Below are positions 28,651-38,110 of a stretch of 64,000 nucleotides of DNA, in pieces; positions within the stretch are counted from its first letter, which is position 1, and each line of letters starts with the position of its first letter. Source of the DNA: a virus (lineage: Duplodnaviria; Heunggongvirae; Uroviricota; Caudoviricetes); IMG/VR virus record IMGVR_UViG_3300046519_000060, positions 64,001-128,000 of that record, one strand, 5' to 3'. A program made the translations under genes and the position numbers. The notes under the pieces were generated by a model. That model saw only the letters and a list, made by a program, of their open reading frames with translations. It searched no databases and was not told the origin of the DNA.

Positions 28651-28836
28651 ATGTACGGATGCAAATTATGTGGGAAGGTGAACATACCTATGGATCATAG
28701 GTGTGACGACCCAAACGAGAAACCCCAATACGTCTCTATCACCTTTGATAGTCAAGAGACACGAATACCAAAACGCGAACAGGTGAATATGCTCGAAGCA
28801 CATCAAAGATGGGCCAACCTGTTCGGAATATCGTGA
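28651..28836 (+). CDS. Small hypothetical protein with CxxC...HxC
   Basis: ATG at 28651 within track ORF 28579-28836. Confidence 0.4.
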   Translation: MYGCKLCGKVNIPMDHRCDDPNEKPQYVSITFDSQETRIPKREQVNMLEAHQRWANLFGIS

Positions 28837-28843
28837 GGCAACA

Positions 28844-29068
28844 ATGGAAAATTTCATCAAAGTCGCCGGTCACGATGGCCTTGTTCGCGACCGTGCGAGT
28901 GGGGCTATCGTGAATACTGATCGGGCGGGCTATCAAGCCTACATCCAACAACGCGACGCACTGATGCGCCGTCAGCAACAGATTGACGAGAATACTCAGG
29001 ACATCAAACGACTGAGTGACGATATGACGGAAATTAAGCAGATGCTTAAACTGTTACTGAACAAATAG
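28844..29068 (+). CDS. Conserved small coiled-coil protein of T4-like phages
   Basis: IKVAGHDGLVRD..SGAIVNTD...Y..Y, followed by a coiled coil ending IKQMLKLLL. Confidence 0.8.
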   Translation: MENFIKVAGHDGLVRDRASGAIVNTDRAGYQAYIQQRDALMRRQQQIDENTQDIKRLSDDMTEIKQMLKLLLNK

Positions 29069-29076
29069 GAGTACGA

Positions 29077-29811
29077 ATGAAGTTTGCATTCCATAAAGCA
29101 AAAGATACGCTGTTCGCGAAGTTGTGTAGCTGGAAGATGGAAGGACCGTACACGCACGTTGAGGCGTGCTTTGGTCCCGATCCGGTCAACCCCAAGCTGA
29201 CGGTGTGTGGTTCCTCGAAATTCACTGATGGCGGTGTACGTCTTAAATCACTGGACCTGTCAGATGCCACGGCATGGGACATCATCGATGTTCCGGGTAT
29301 TGATGAAGAAAAGGCGCTGCAATGGTTCAAGGATCATGCGGGACAACCGTATGACACTCGCGGCCTGATCCAATTCATTACGTGGTTCCCGGTTGGTCAC
29401 AATCCGAAGGGCTGGTTCTGTGACGAAGCGTGTCTCACGGCTATCGGTATGGAACAGGCTTACCGCTTTGATCCGAACGGTATGGCCTCGATCCTCGAAT
29501 TCTTGAAGGGCTATCAGGCCGGAACCCTGAATGCTGCAATCGCAGTGGTCAAGGCCGGTGAACTGGATAGCGTGGCAAAACCGGTGAACCCGATTGATGC
29601 AATCCAAGCAGAAGTCAACAAGGTGCTTCCGGCTGTCGAGCAAGTCGCTCACACGGTTCAATTGGCGGCTCCTGTACTGGCAATCATTCCGGGTGCTGCG
29701 CCGGTTGTAGCGGTCGTAGAAGGCGTTGCAACGGCAGTTGATAAGGTGGTGGATGCTGCACCCCAGATCAATGCCACTGTGGACGCATTGCAAGCCCTGA
29801 AAGCGAAGTAA
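29077..29811 (+). CDS. Permuted papain-like (NlpC/P60-type) amidase with Ala/Val-rich tail
   Basis: YTHVE (His), GQPYD and WFCDE (Cys) appear in the permuted order. Confidence 0.6.
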   Translation: MKFAFHKAKDTLFAKLCSWKMEGPYTHVEACFGPDPVNPKLTVCGSSKFTDGGVRLKSLDLSDATAWDIIDVPGIDEEKALQWFKDHAGQPYDTRGLIQFITWFPVGHNPKGWFCDEACLTAIGMEQAYRFDPNGMASILEFLKGYQAGTLNAAIAVVKAGELDSVAKPVNPIDAIQAEVNKVLPAVEQVAHTVQLAAPVLAIIPGAAPVVAVVEGVATAVDKVVDAAPQINATVDALQALKAK

Positions 29812-29817
29812 CCCTCG

Positions 29818-29839
29818 GCCCGCCTAGTGCGGGCTTTTT
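29818..29839 (+). terminator. Intrinsic terminator
   Basis: GCCCGC-ctagt-GCGGGC followed by TTTTT. Confidence 0.8.
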
Positions 29840-29851
29840 CATTGGTGTCAA

Positions 29852-29858
29852 CTAAATA
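29852..29858 (+). promoter_or_regulatory. Late promoter
   Basis: CTAAATA upstream of gp13. Confidence 0.75.
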
Positions 29859-29895
29859 GTAGAAGCACTGTCACTTACATACAACGGGATTACTC

Positions 29896-30660
29896 ATGGC
29901 ACGTCCAAATTCATTTGACACACTTTCGACTTACTGCTTGCAGGAACTTGGCGCACCGGTCATCCAGATTCACGTTGCGCCGGAACAGATTCAGAACCGT
30001 ATCGAAGATGCGTTCGACTTCTTTCATGAATTCCACGGTGATGCCATTCAGGATACCTACCTGAAACATCAGGTGACGCAGGATGACATCGACAACGGGT
30101 GGATTCCAGTGGGCGATGGTGTGACGGCAGTGCTTAACGTGTTCCCTATCGCGGGCAGTGCTAACACCAATAGTCAGTTCTCGGCCTCATATCAGATCAA
30201 GGTCAATGACATCTATTCGCTGCAATCGTCCAGTGGATCATTGGCAACCGGTGGTCTGGCCTACTACGAATCCGTCAAGCAATACCTGAACATGATGGAT
30301 GGTGTCCTGATTGGTCAGCAACAGTTCCGCTTCAATCCAAAGGTCGGCAAACTGTTCATCGATATGGACTGGAATGAGAACGTCAATGTGGGCGACTACA
30401 TTCTGGTCGAATGCACGGCAGTCGTGGATGAAGAAACGTACACGGCGATCTACAACGACCGGATGCTAAAGAAGCTGGCCGTCGCCTATGTCAAGAAGCA
30501 ATGGGGTAGCAACATGAAGCTGCACGGCAATATCGTGCTGCCCGGTGGTATCACAATTCAGGGCCAACAGATTTACGATGAAGCGATGGTTGAAATCGAG
30601 AAGATCGAAGACCAGATTCGCGACACGTATCAAGCGCCGCCAATGTTCCTCGTAGGTTGA
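29896..30660 (+). CDS. gp13: Neck protein gp13
   Basis: YCLQELGAPVIQI.V..EQI..RI.DA...FH.D; KKQWGSNM...LPGGITIQG. Confidence 0.93.
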   Translation: MARPNSFDTLSTYCLQELGAPVIQIHVAPEQIQNRIEDAFDFFHEFHGDAIQDTYLKHQVTQDDIDNGWIPVGDGVTAVLNVFPIAGSANTNSQFSASYQIKVNDIYSLQSSSGSLATGGLAYYESVKQYLNMMDGVLIGQQQFRFNPKVGKLFIDMDWNENVNVGDYILVECTAVVDEETYTAIYNDRMLKKLAVAYVKKQWGSNMKLHGNIVLPGGITIQGQQIYDEAMVEIEKIEDQIRDTYQAPPMFLVG

Positions 30661-30663
30661 ACC

Positions 30664-31386
30664 ATGAAGTCATTCAAACAGTTTATTGCGGAATCCGAAC
30701 AACATCCGATGATCGATGTGGATGGTGTCCAGAAGCATCGCAACAATAGTGAGGGACGACCGATCCATCCGACTGACGAAGGTATCCGCAACTTCCATCG
30801 CTGGTTTGGTGACAGTAAGGCCGTCGATCAACACGGACGGCCACAGGTGATGTACCACGCGTCCACATATGGTGACATCCACAAGTTCAATACACACGAA
30901 GGCGTGTTCGGTAAAGCTGGTTACGGTTCATATTTCAGTAACCAACACGGTGCCAACATGTTCGCTGAATACGGTCAGAACTTCCAAGCGAATCGTAGTT
31001 GGGCTGGTGAAGAAAAGAAAGTGAATGTGACTCCGGTGTATTTGAAGATGAACAATCCGCACTATGCAGACCACGTTGATGATCTTCGGCCCGGTATTCA
31101 TCTTCATGCCAATCAGACCTTCGGACAAGGCGCACAGTACCAGAAGAACAAACCGAATCCAGTTGGCCCACTGGAAGCTAAGGGTCATGATGGCATCATC
31201 ACATCCGAAACCACAGCCAAGAAGGTGCATAAGACCCAAGGGTTGAAGATTCTTGATAGGGACGACCCCAAGGCGACACGGTTCCCGGTCCATGTCGTGT
31301 TCCATCCGCATCAGGTGAAGTCCGCAGTCGGCAACAACGGCAAATTCAGTTCGGATTCCGAACACATCCACGAACAGGTGAAGTAA
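30664..31386 (+). CDS. ADP-ribosyltransferase-like protein (ART-PolyVal type) with capsid-targeting N-terminus
   Basis: NFHRWFGDSKAVDQHGRPQVMYH...G.YFS...PVYLKMNNP...GHDGII...VFHPHQVKSAVGNNGKF matches the ART-PolyVal pattern. N-terminus MKSFKQFIAE. Confidence 0.7.
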   Translation: MKSFKQFIAESEQHPMIDVDGVQKHRNNSEGRPIHPTDEGIRNFHRWFGDSKAVDQHGRPQVMYHASTYGDIHKFNTHEGVFGKAGYGSYFSNQHGANMFAEYGQNFQANRSWAGEEKKVNVTPVYLKMNNPHYADHVDDLRPGIHLHANQTFGQGAQYQKNKPNPVGPLEAKGHDGIITSETTAKKVHKTQGLKILDRDDPKATRFPVHVVFHPHQVKSAVGNNGKFSSDSEHIHEQVK

Positions 31387-32036
31387 TGGCAGTAAACAAC
31401 TATTTTCAAGCGGGTATCCCGGAAGCCTACGGCAATACCCAAGACCTGATCGAAAGCCTCACCATTGAAGCCATCCAGATCGGCGGAATGAATGTGTACT
31501 ACATTCCCCGCACCATTCTGGTAGAGGACATCAATCCGGTGCTGACAGAAGATGTGCTGGCGTCCTATGAACATGCGTTCCAGATTGAAGCCTATTTGGA
31601 GAACGCCACTGGCTTCGAAGGTGATGGCGCAATGCTGTCGAAGTTTGGCATTGAAATTTCGGATTCCTGCACATTTGTGATGTCGCGTCGTCGCTGGACA
31701 GAGGAAGTCGGTTCCAAGGGTGTGACACGTCTACCCCGTCCGATTGAAGGCGACATCATCTTCTTGCCCCTGACCAAATCGTACTTCGAAATCAAGAAGG
31801 TCAATGCACAGAACCCGTTCTACCAGTTGGGGAAGCTGTACACCTATCGTCTGGAATGTGAACTGTTCAACTTCTCGCACGAACAATTCGAGACTGGCGT
31901 TGAAGAAGTGGACGAACTGGCAATGGAAATCAACCTGCACGACTTGGACCCCGGTTCACAGAATGATGTGTTCGATGCCAAGAAGTCGGACACACTGGAC
32001 TTCGATGAATCGAATCCGTTCGGAGACATTCAGTAA
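31386..32036 (+). CDS. gp14: Neck protein gp14
   Basis: LIESLTIEAIQIGG..VYYIPR; IE.YLEN..GFEG; PFYQLGK...L.CELF. Confidence 0.93.
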   Translation: MAVNNYFQAGIPEAYGNTQDLIESLTIEAIQIGGMNVYYIPRTILVEDINPVLTEDVLASYEHAFQIEAYLENATGFEGDGAMLSKFGIEISDSCTFVMSRRRWTEEVGSKGVTRLPRPIEGDIIFLPLTKSYFEIKKVNAQNPFYQLGKLYTYRLECELFNFSHEQFETGVEEVDELAMEINLHDLDPGSQNDVFDAKKSDTLDFDESNPFGDIQ

Positions 32037-32803
32037 TGCTTTCTAGTTCACCTTTCTACAATCGCACCACTGAGAAGGCCATCATTGCATTCGGCAACCT
32101 GTTCAAGAATGTCTACATCGAACGGTGCAAACAAGATGGCACGGTGGAAAAGACGATTCAGGTTCCGGTGTCATATGGTCCCAAAGAGAAGTTTCTGGCA
32201 CGCGAGCAACAGCAACCGAACATCGACTTCTCGACCGAAGAACTGACGCTGCCCCGTCTGGCCTTTGAAATCACTGGTTTCCAACCGGATGCCAGTCGGC
32301 GCATGAACCCGATGCAGCAGCGCAAGGCGGTCGTCAATGGACAGACCAACAGTGTGTTCAATCCGGCCCCTTGGAACCTCAATGTCAGCCTGTATGCCAT
32401 TGCCAAGTACCAGACGGACGCATTGCAGATGTTCGAACAGATCATCCCGATGTTCAATCCGTCCTACATCGTCACGATGAAGTCGCTCCCGGAACTGAAC
32501 CTGACGGACGATGTGCCGATCATTCTGGACACGGTGCAGCATGAGGACACCTATGACCAGAAGTTCGAACAGCGGCGCATTGTGACCTTCACGTTCAACT
32601 TCACGATCCAGATGAACTACTACGGTGGTGTGGACAAGAACCGTGCAGTCATCAAGCAGACCGAAGTCGAAATGGTTGGTGGTACTACCGATCCTTCATT
32701 GGGACTGCCCGCACTGGAAGTAATCAAGAATACGGTGTCGCCATTGTCGTCCAATGTGACTGACAGTTGGACGACCATTACAGAGATTGATGGATTCAAA
32801 TAA
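32036..32803 (+). CDS. gp15: Tail sheath stabilizer/tail terminator gp15
   Basis: FYN.T..K.IIAFGNLF...VPVSYGPKEKFL...TLPRLAFE. Confidence 0.93.
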   Translation: MLSSSPFYNRTTEKAIIAFGNLFKNVYIERCKQDGTVEKTIQVPVSYGPKEKFLAREQQQPNIDFSTEELTLPRLAFEITGFQPDASRRMNPMQQRKAVVNGQTNSVFNPAPWNLNVSLYAIAKYQTDALQMFEQIIPMFNPSYIVTMKSLPELNLTDDVPIILDTVQHEDTYDQKFEQRRIVTFTFNFTIQMNYYGGVDKNRAVIKQTEVEMVGGTTDPSLGLPALEVIKNTVSPLSSNVTDSWTTITEIDGFK

Positions 32804-32805
32804 TC

Positions 32806-33300
32806 ATGGAAACGGCAGATAAGATGGTCAATGCGTTCAACACATTGGACGCGACCTTTGGCGTGGAAGGCGAGACGGTTCCCATTGTCCGGGAACCTCG
32901 CGAACTGACAGTGGTTCCGGTGGTGGAAGATCGGCCTGTCAATACAGACGATCAGGACAACGATATTGCGATTGCACGCGAGACGTACCATCGACTGATG
33001 TCCAAGGCAGAAGATGCACTGGATGATGTGATGACGCTGGCCCGCCAGTCGGAACATCCGCGTGCCTTTGAAGTCGCTGGTCAGATGATCGACAAGGTGA
33101 CGAACTTGGCCGACAAGCTGCTGGACCTGCACAAGAAGGTCAAGGAAATCAATACGGTCAAGGAATCGCCGCGTGAAGCTGCCCTCAATGGCGGCAATGC
33201 TATTGGCGGTGCATCGGCGGTCGTATTCACTGGCACTCCTGCACAAATCCTCGAAGCCTTGAAACAGAAGCGCGAGCTTAAAGACGTAACGGACGTATAA
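32806..33300 (+). CDS. gp16: Terminase small subunit gp16
   Basis: ARQSEHPRAFEVAG.M...L..L.K.. motif; lies upstream of gp17. Confidence 0.9.
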   Translation: METADKMVNAFNTLDATFGVEGETVPIVREPRELTVVPVVEDRPVNTDDQDNDIAIARETYHRLMSKAEDALDDVMTLARQSEHPRAFEVAGQMIDKVTNLADKLLDLHKKVKEINTVKESPREAALNGGNAIGGASAVVFTGTPAQILEALKQKRELKDVTDV

Positions 33301-33302
33301 CA

Positions 33303-35006
33303 ATGGTAGCGAAACTTATCCTTCGTGACCACGTTCGGGGGAATAAGAAAATTCGCCCTGACGGTTGGACACATCCCTATACCGAATGGGAACTGGAAGA
33401 ATTCGAGAAGTGCAAGAACGATCCGATCTACTTCATCCGCAACTATGTGAAGATCATTTCTCTGGATGCTGGTCTGGTCAAGTTCAATTGCTTCGAATTC
33501 CAAGAGAAGTACATCAAGATGCTTCTGGGACACCGGAAGACCATCTGTAAGCTGTTCCGTCAGGGCGGTAAGACGACCTGTACGGCTGCGGCAATCTGTT
33601 GGTACATCATCTTCTCGGATACGCCTCAGAACGTCGCTGTGCTGGCACACAAGGCTTCTGGTGCGCGGGAAATCTTGTCCCGTATCAAACTGATGTACGA
33701 AGAACTGCCGCCGTTCCTGCAACATGCAGTCAAGGAATGGAACAAGGGTTCAATCTGGTTGAGCAATGGTTCCAAGGTCACGGCTGCTGCTACCAGTGCG
33801 TCGGCTGCGCGGGGCGGTTCTATTAACTGGCTGTACCTCGATGAGTACGCCTTCGTTGGCGCAAACATCGCGGATGAATTCTTCGCCTCTGTGTTCCCTA
33901 CGTTGTCATCGGGTAAGACGACGAAGATTTCAATTACCAGTACTCCGATTGGTTACAACCACTTCTGGAAGATTTGGGACGAAGCAGAGAAGAAGCAGAA
34001 CGGCTTCGAAACCTTCACGGCGAACTATTGGGAACGTCCGGGTTATGACGACGATTGGGCCAAGGATCAGAAACGGGTTCTGGGACAGTTGAAGTTCAAT
34101 CAGGAAATCTTGATGCACTTCTTGGGTTCGAGTAACACCCTCGTTGCGGGTGAATACATCGCCAAGATGACTGCGGTCGATCCTGAGTACTCCAAAGACG
34201 GTTTGGACATCCTGCACAAGCCTGAGAAGGGTCATACCTACGTCTGTATTGCAGATACGTCGCGGGGCGTTGAGAACGATAGTTCGGTGGTATCCATCAT
34301 CGACATCACTCAGACACCGTACCGGCTGTGTGGCAAGTACCGGTCCAATACGATCCATCCGATGCTATTCCCCTCAGTGGTCCATAAGATCGCCAAGGAC
34401 TACAACGATGCGTTCGTGCTGGTCGAAATCAATGACAACGGTCAATCGACATCCGACACGTTGCTACATGAAATCGAATACGAGAACTTGCTGTGGATTT
34501 CCAAGGGCAAGAGTGGTCAAACGGTGTCCTCGGGATTCGGCGGCGGTGTGTCGCAGTCGGGCGTTCGGACGGACAAGCTGGTGAAGCGGGTTGGATGTTC
34601 GACCCTGAAAACGTTGGTGGAAGAAAACAACCTGTTGATCTATGACCGGACGTTTATTCAGGAACTCTCAACATTCACTGAAATCAAGGGAAGCTTCAAG
34701 GCCGACTTGGGCTACCACGATGACTGCGTGATGACCTTGGTGCTGTTCGCATGGCTGACGACGCAACCCTACTTCAAGGAACTGACGAACGTCAATCTGC
34801 GCACGACGATCTATCAGGAACGCATTGAAGCCATCCAGAACCAGTTGACACCGTTCGGATACAGCAACGGCATTGACGACAATCAGCCTCAGTACGTGGT
34901 CGAAGATCGCGATGCGTGGCTGGTCGATGACGCGGAATATCAGAAGGGATGGTTGGCCGAAAACGTCCTCGGAATGCCTGAATGGGGCGGGTTTCACGGT
35001 CGGTAA
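33303..35006 (+). CDS. gp17: Terminase large subunit gp17
   Basis: KCKNDPIYFI.NY; Walker A RQGGKT; LYLDEYAF; STP.G; C-terminal RNase H-like HDD. Confidence 0.96.
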   Translation: MVAKLILRDHVRGNKKIRPDGWTHPYTEWELEEFEKCKNDPIYFIRNYVKIISLDAGLVKFNCFEFQEKYIKMLLGHRKTICKLFRQGGKTTCTAAAICWYIIFSDTPQNVAVLAHKASGAREILSRIKLMYEELPPFLQHAVKEWNKGSIWLSNGSKVTAAATSASAARGGSINWLYLDEYAFVGANIADEFFASVFPTLSSGKTTKISITSTPIGYNHFWKIWDEAEKKQNGFETFTANYWERPGYDDDWAKDQKRVLGQLKFNQEILMHFLGSSNTLVAGEYIAKMTAVDPEYSKDGLDILHKPEKGHTYVCIADTSRGVENDSSVVSIIDITQTPYRLCGKYRSNTIHPMLFPSVVHKIAKDYNDAFVLVEINDNGQSTSDTLLHEIEYENLLWISKGKSGQTVSSGFGGGVSQSGVRTDKLVKRVGCSTLKTLVEENNLLIYDRTFIQELSTFTEIKGSFKADLGYHDDCVMTLVLFAWLTTQPYFKELTNVNLRTTIYQERIEAIQNQLTPFGYSNGIDDNQPQYVVEDRDAWLVDDAEYQKGWLAENVLGMPEWGGFHGR

Positions 35007-35035
35007 CACTTGACTTTCTCAAAACCCCGTTTTAG

Positions 35036-35042
35036 CTAAATA
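35036..35042 (+). promoter_or_regulatory. Late promoter
   Basis: CTAAATA upstream of gp18. Confidence 0.75.
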
Positions 35043-35121
35043 GTTCTGTCAAACAAAAGCTACAGAGTGGTGTGCCTAGTGTTTGGCACATCCAACAAAT
35101 TTCATTTAGGAGTAACTAACA

Positions 35122-37005
35122 ATGTTTATGCTCTCTCCCGGCGTCAATGTGCAGGAATATGACGCGACCAACATCGTCCCGGCAGTCGCGACGACTGCGG
35201 GCGGTTTCGCGGGGACGTTCCAGTGGGGTCCGGTTGAACACATTTACACGGTCGATAGCGAAACGACTCTTGTCAGTGTTTTCGGTAAGCCGAACCTGAA
35301 TACCGCTGTCTCGTTCTTCACGGCGGCAAACTTCCTCGCCTATGGTAACAATCTTCAAGTGGTCCGTGTGGTTGGTGAAACTGCTAAGAACGCAGTCGCT
35401 TCCGGTTCCGCTGTCCTGATTAAGAACGAAGAAGTCTATTCCTCGGAATTCACCAACGGCCAAAATAATGTTGGCTTCGTTGCTGCGAAGTATCCGGGTG
35501 TCCTCGGTAATGCGATCAAGGTGTCGATTGCCGATAGCAAGACCTACTCACAAGTCCTCGTTGGTTCGGTTTCTGTCACGAACAACAGCGGTATCGTGGT
35601 TGGTACGGGTACGACTTTCCGCGCGTCTGTTGTGCCGGGTACGCGTCTCTATACGACTGACGGCAAGCTGATTGGTCAAGTGGCATCGGTCACGACCGAC
35701 ACTTCCCTGTCGCTGACGGCGAACTCGCTGCAAACCGTGTCGAGCGTTCCGGTGCGTGCTGATTGGGAATACAAGTCGCAGTTCTCTGGCGCTCCGAACA
35801 CTTCGGACTACGCAGCGAATGTGTCGGCAGTGAACGACGAAGTTCACATCGTTGTGATCGATTCGACGGGTATCTTCACTGGTACGCCGAACACGGTCCT
35901 CGAATCGTATGCCTTCGCATCGGTTGCATCAGACGCCAAGAAGGACGATGGTTCGACCAACTTCTACAAGTCGCTCCTGAACAACGCTTCGCAGTACGTG
36001 TGGTGGATGGATCATCCGGTTGACGGTACGAATTGGGGCGGCATCGCTGCTGGTACTACGTTCGCCCAACTGAACGCTCCGCAAACCGCAACCCTGACGG
36101 GTGGTGTGTCGGATGACGTGCTGACGGACGCAAACGCAACGGCTGGCTACTCGATGTTCGAGAACGCCGAAGTGGTTGACGTGTCGCTGATCCCGGTTGG
36201 TGGTGCATCGCCTACGGTTGCTGAGTATGTGATCGACAACATCGCGAATCGCCGTCTGGACTGCGTTGCTTTCGTGTCGCCTACGCTTGACGCTGTGCTG
36301 AACAACAAGGGTTCTGAGGCTGACGACATCATCAACCAACGTGGTGCGCTGCCTTCGACTTCGTATGCAATGATGGATTCGGGCTGGAAGTACCAGTACG
36401 ACCGCTACAACGACGTGTATCGCTGGATTCCGTTGAACGGTGACATTGCTGGCCTGTGTGCTCGCACCGACCAGACGAACGATCCGTGGTGGTCCCCGGC
36501 TGGTTTCAACCGTGGTCAGATCAAGAACGTGACGAAGCTGGCGTACTCGCCGGGTCAGACGGATCGCGACAAGCTGTATCCGCAAGGTATCAACCCGGTT
36601 GTGACGTTCAAGGGCCAAGGCACGGTGCTGTATGGCGACAAGACGCTTCTCTCGAAGCCTTCGTCGTTTGACCGCATCAACGTTCGTCGTCTGTTCATCA
36701 CGCTTGAAAAGGCGATTGCAACGGCTTCGAAGTACCAACTGTTCGAATTCAACGATCCGTTCACCCGCGCTCAGTTCAAGTCGTTTGTTGAACCGTACCT
36801 GCGTGATGTGCAAGGTCGTCGTGGTATCAGTGACTTCTTGGTTGTCTGTGACGACACGAACAACACGGCGCAAGTCATCGATGGCAACCGATTCCGCGCT
36901 GCTATCTACATCAAGCCCGCACGTAGCATCAACTTTATCGAACTGCAATTCGTTAGCACGCCTACCGGTGCGCAGTTCTCCGAAGTGGTCGGTATCGCTG
37001 GCTAA
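35122..37005 (+). CDS. gp18: Tail sheath protein gp18
   Basis: LSPGVNVQEYD; F.WGP; SPAGFNRG; FDRINVRRLF; FEFND.FTR. Confidence 0.96.
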   Translation: MFMLSPGVNVQEYDATNIVPAVATTAGGFAGTFQWGPVEHIYTVDSETTLVSVFGKPNLNTAVSFFTAANFLAYGNNLQVVRVVGETAKNAVASGSAVLIKNEEVYSSEFTNGQNNVGFVAAKYPGVLGNAIKVSIADSKTYSQVLVGSVSVTNNSGIVVGTGTTFRASVVPGTRLYTTDGKLIGQVASVTTDTSLSLTANSLQTVSSVPVRADWEYKSQFSGAPNTSDYAANVSAVNDEVHIVVIDSTGIFTGTPNTVLESYAFASVASDAKKDDGSTNFYKSLLNNASQYVWWMDHPVDGTNWGGIAAGTTFAQLNAPQTATLTGGVSDDVLTDANATAGYSMFENAEVVDVSLIPVGGASPTVAEYVIDNIANRRLDCVAFVSPTLDAVLNNKGSEADDIINQRGALPSTSYAMMDSGWKYQYDRYNDVYRWIPLNGDIAGLCARTDQTNDPWWSPAGFNRGQIKNVTKLAYSPGQTDRDKLYPQGINPVVTFKGQGTVLYGDKTLLSKPSSFDRINVRRLFITLEKAIATASKYQLFEFNDPFTRAQFKSFVEPYLRDVQGRRGISDFLVVCDDTNNTAQVIDGNRFRAAIYIKPARSINFIELQFVSTPTGAQFSEVVGIAG

Positions 37006-37007
37006 TC

Positions 37008-37514
37008 ATGATCGTCTCCCCTCTCGTCAGCATCAACGCGAAGGGTGAGACGGTCAAGAAACCTATCCATGTCCGGGACTTGAAGAAAAGTTCCGGCATG
37101 AGAGTGGAATGTTGGTGTGAGAAGTGCGAAGGATTCTTCACGCGAGAATATAGGCGACAAACCTTCGAGTACTGTAATCCATGTACTCGCGGGTTTATCA
37201 ACGGCGGAAAGAAGTTTCCTGAATGGTGTGGCGAGAACAATGGCAGATGGAAGCCGAACAAATCTGCTTGGTATAGGTATCGCTACAATGTTCACCAAAT
37301 CTCTAAACAACAAAATCTTGCTGTTCTCGAAAACTTCGATAAGCCAAGAACTCTTTGTGGGGTTGAAGGCGGGTATCAACTCGACCACATAATCCCGATC
37401 CGCTATGGGTTCGACAATGGAATTCCAGAAGAAGTCATTGGACACATTGACAATCTTCAAATCATCCCTTGGAAAGAGAACAACTCCAAGCGGGACAAGC
37501 TAAATATTCAATAA
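37008..37514 (+). mobile_element. HNH endonuclease inserted between sheath and tube genes
   Basis: N-terminal CEKC...CNPC; YQLDHIIPI...NLQIIPWKENNSK. Confidence 0.8.
37500..37506 (+). promoter_or_regulatory. Late promoter
   Basis: CTAAATA in the HNH gene 3' end, upstream of gp19. Confidence 0.7.
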
Positions 37515-37536
37515 TTTTCCCTTTTGGAGAAATGCT

Positions 37537-38106
37537 GTGAGCGATACCGTTTATTTTAATGTAGATCAGTTCAAGTCGCAACTGGCTGGTGGTGGCGCTC
37601 GCCCGAACCAGTTCTTTGTGCAACTGACGTTCCCGACATCTGTAACTCTTGGTGCTCTGGCTATTCAATCGTCTCCGTTCCTTGTGACGGCTGCGACTAT
37701 GCCGGGTTCCTACGTCAACGAAACCGTTGTTCAATATCGTGGCCGTGCTGTGAAGCTGGCTGGCGAACGTACCTTCCAAGACTGGTCGTGCGTGGTCCTG
37801 AACGACAACAACTTCACTATCCGTAACGCGCTGGAAGATTGGTCGAACAAGATGAACGACCTTCAAAACAACAGCGGCGAACTTAGCCCGTCTAAGTATA
37901 CGGCGGATATGTTGGTTACTCAGTTGAACCGTAACAACCAACCGCTGAAAACATATCAAATCCGTTCTGCATGGCCGACTGCTGTTTCCGAAGTCAACCT
38001 CGACTTTGGCGCGAATGACACGATTTCGACGTTCAATGTGACGTTCGCATATCAGGACTTCAAGACGACTATGACGCCGCTGGCAGGACTCGTTACTGGT
38101 GGTTAA
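37537..38106 (+). CDS. gp19: Tail tube protein gp19
   Basis: GGARPNQF.V; YRGR.VK.AG.RTF.DW; AWPT.VSE..L. Confidence 0.95.
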   Translation: MSDTVYFNVDQFKSQLAGGGARPNQFFVQLTFPTSVTLGALAIQSSPFLVTAATMPGSYVNETVVQYRGRAVKLAGERTFQDWSCVVLNDNNFTIRNALEDWSNKMNDLQNNSGELSPSKYTADMLVTQLNRNNQPLKTYQIRSAWPTAVSEVNLDFGANDTISTFNVTFAYQDFKTTMTPLAGLVTGG

Positions 38107-38110
38107 TTAA

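Noticed and set aside
28670-28770. Two small hairpins in the AT-rich gap before ORF 28844 as a structured ncRNA
   Set aside because: The stems are short and imperfect and lie within a plausible small ORF; no recognisable RNA family.
33303-35006. Possible inteins or group I introns in gp17, uvsW, gp46 or gp20
   Set aside because: The ORFs are continuous, of normal length, and lack intein splice motifs. The endonucleases all lie between genes.
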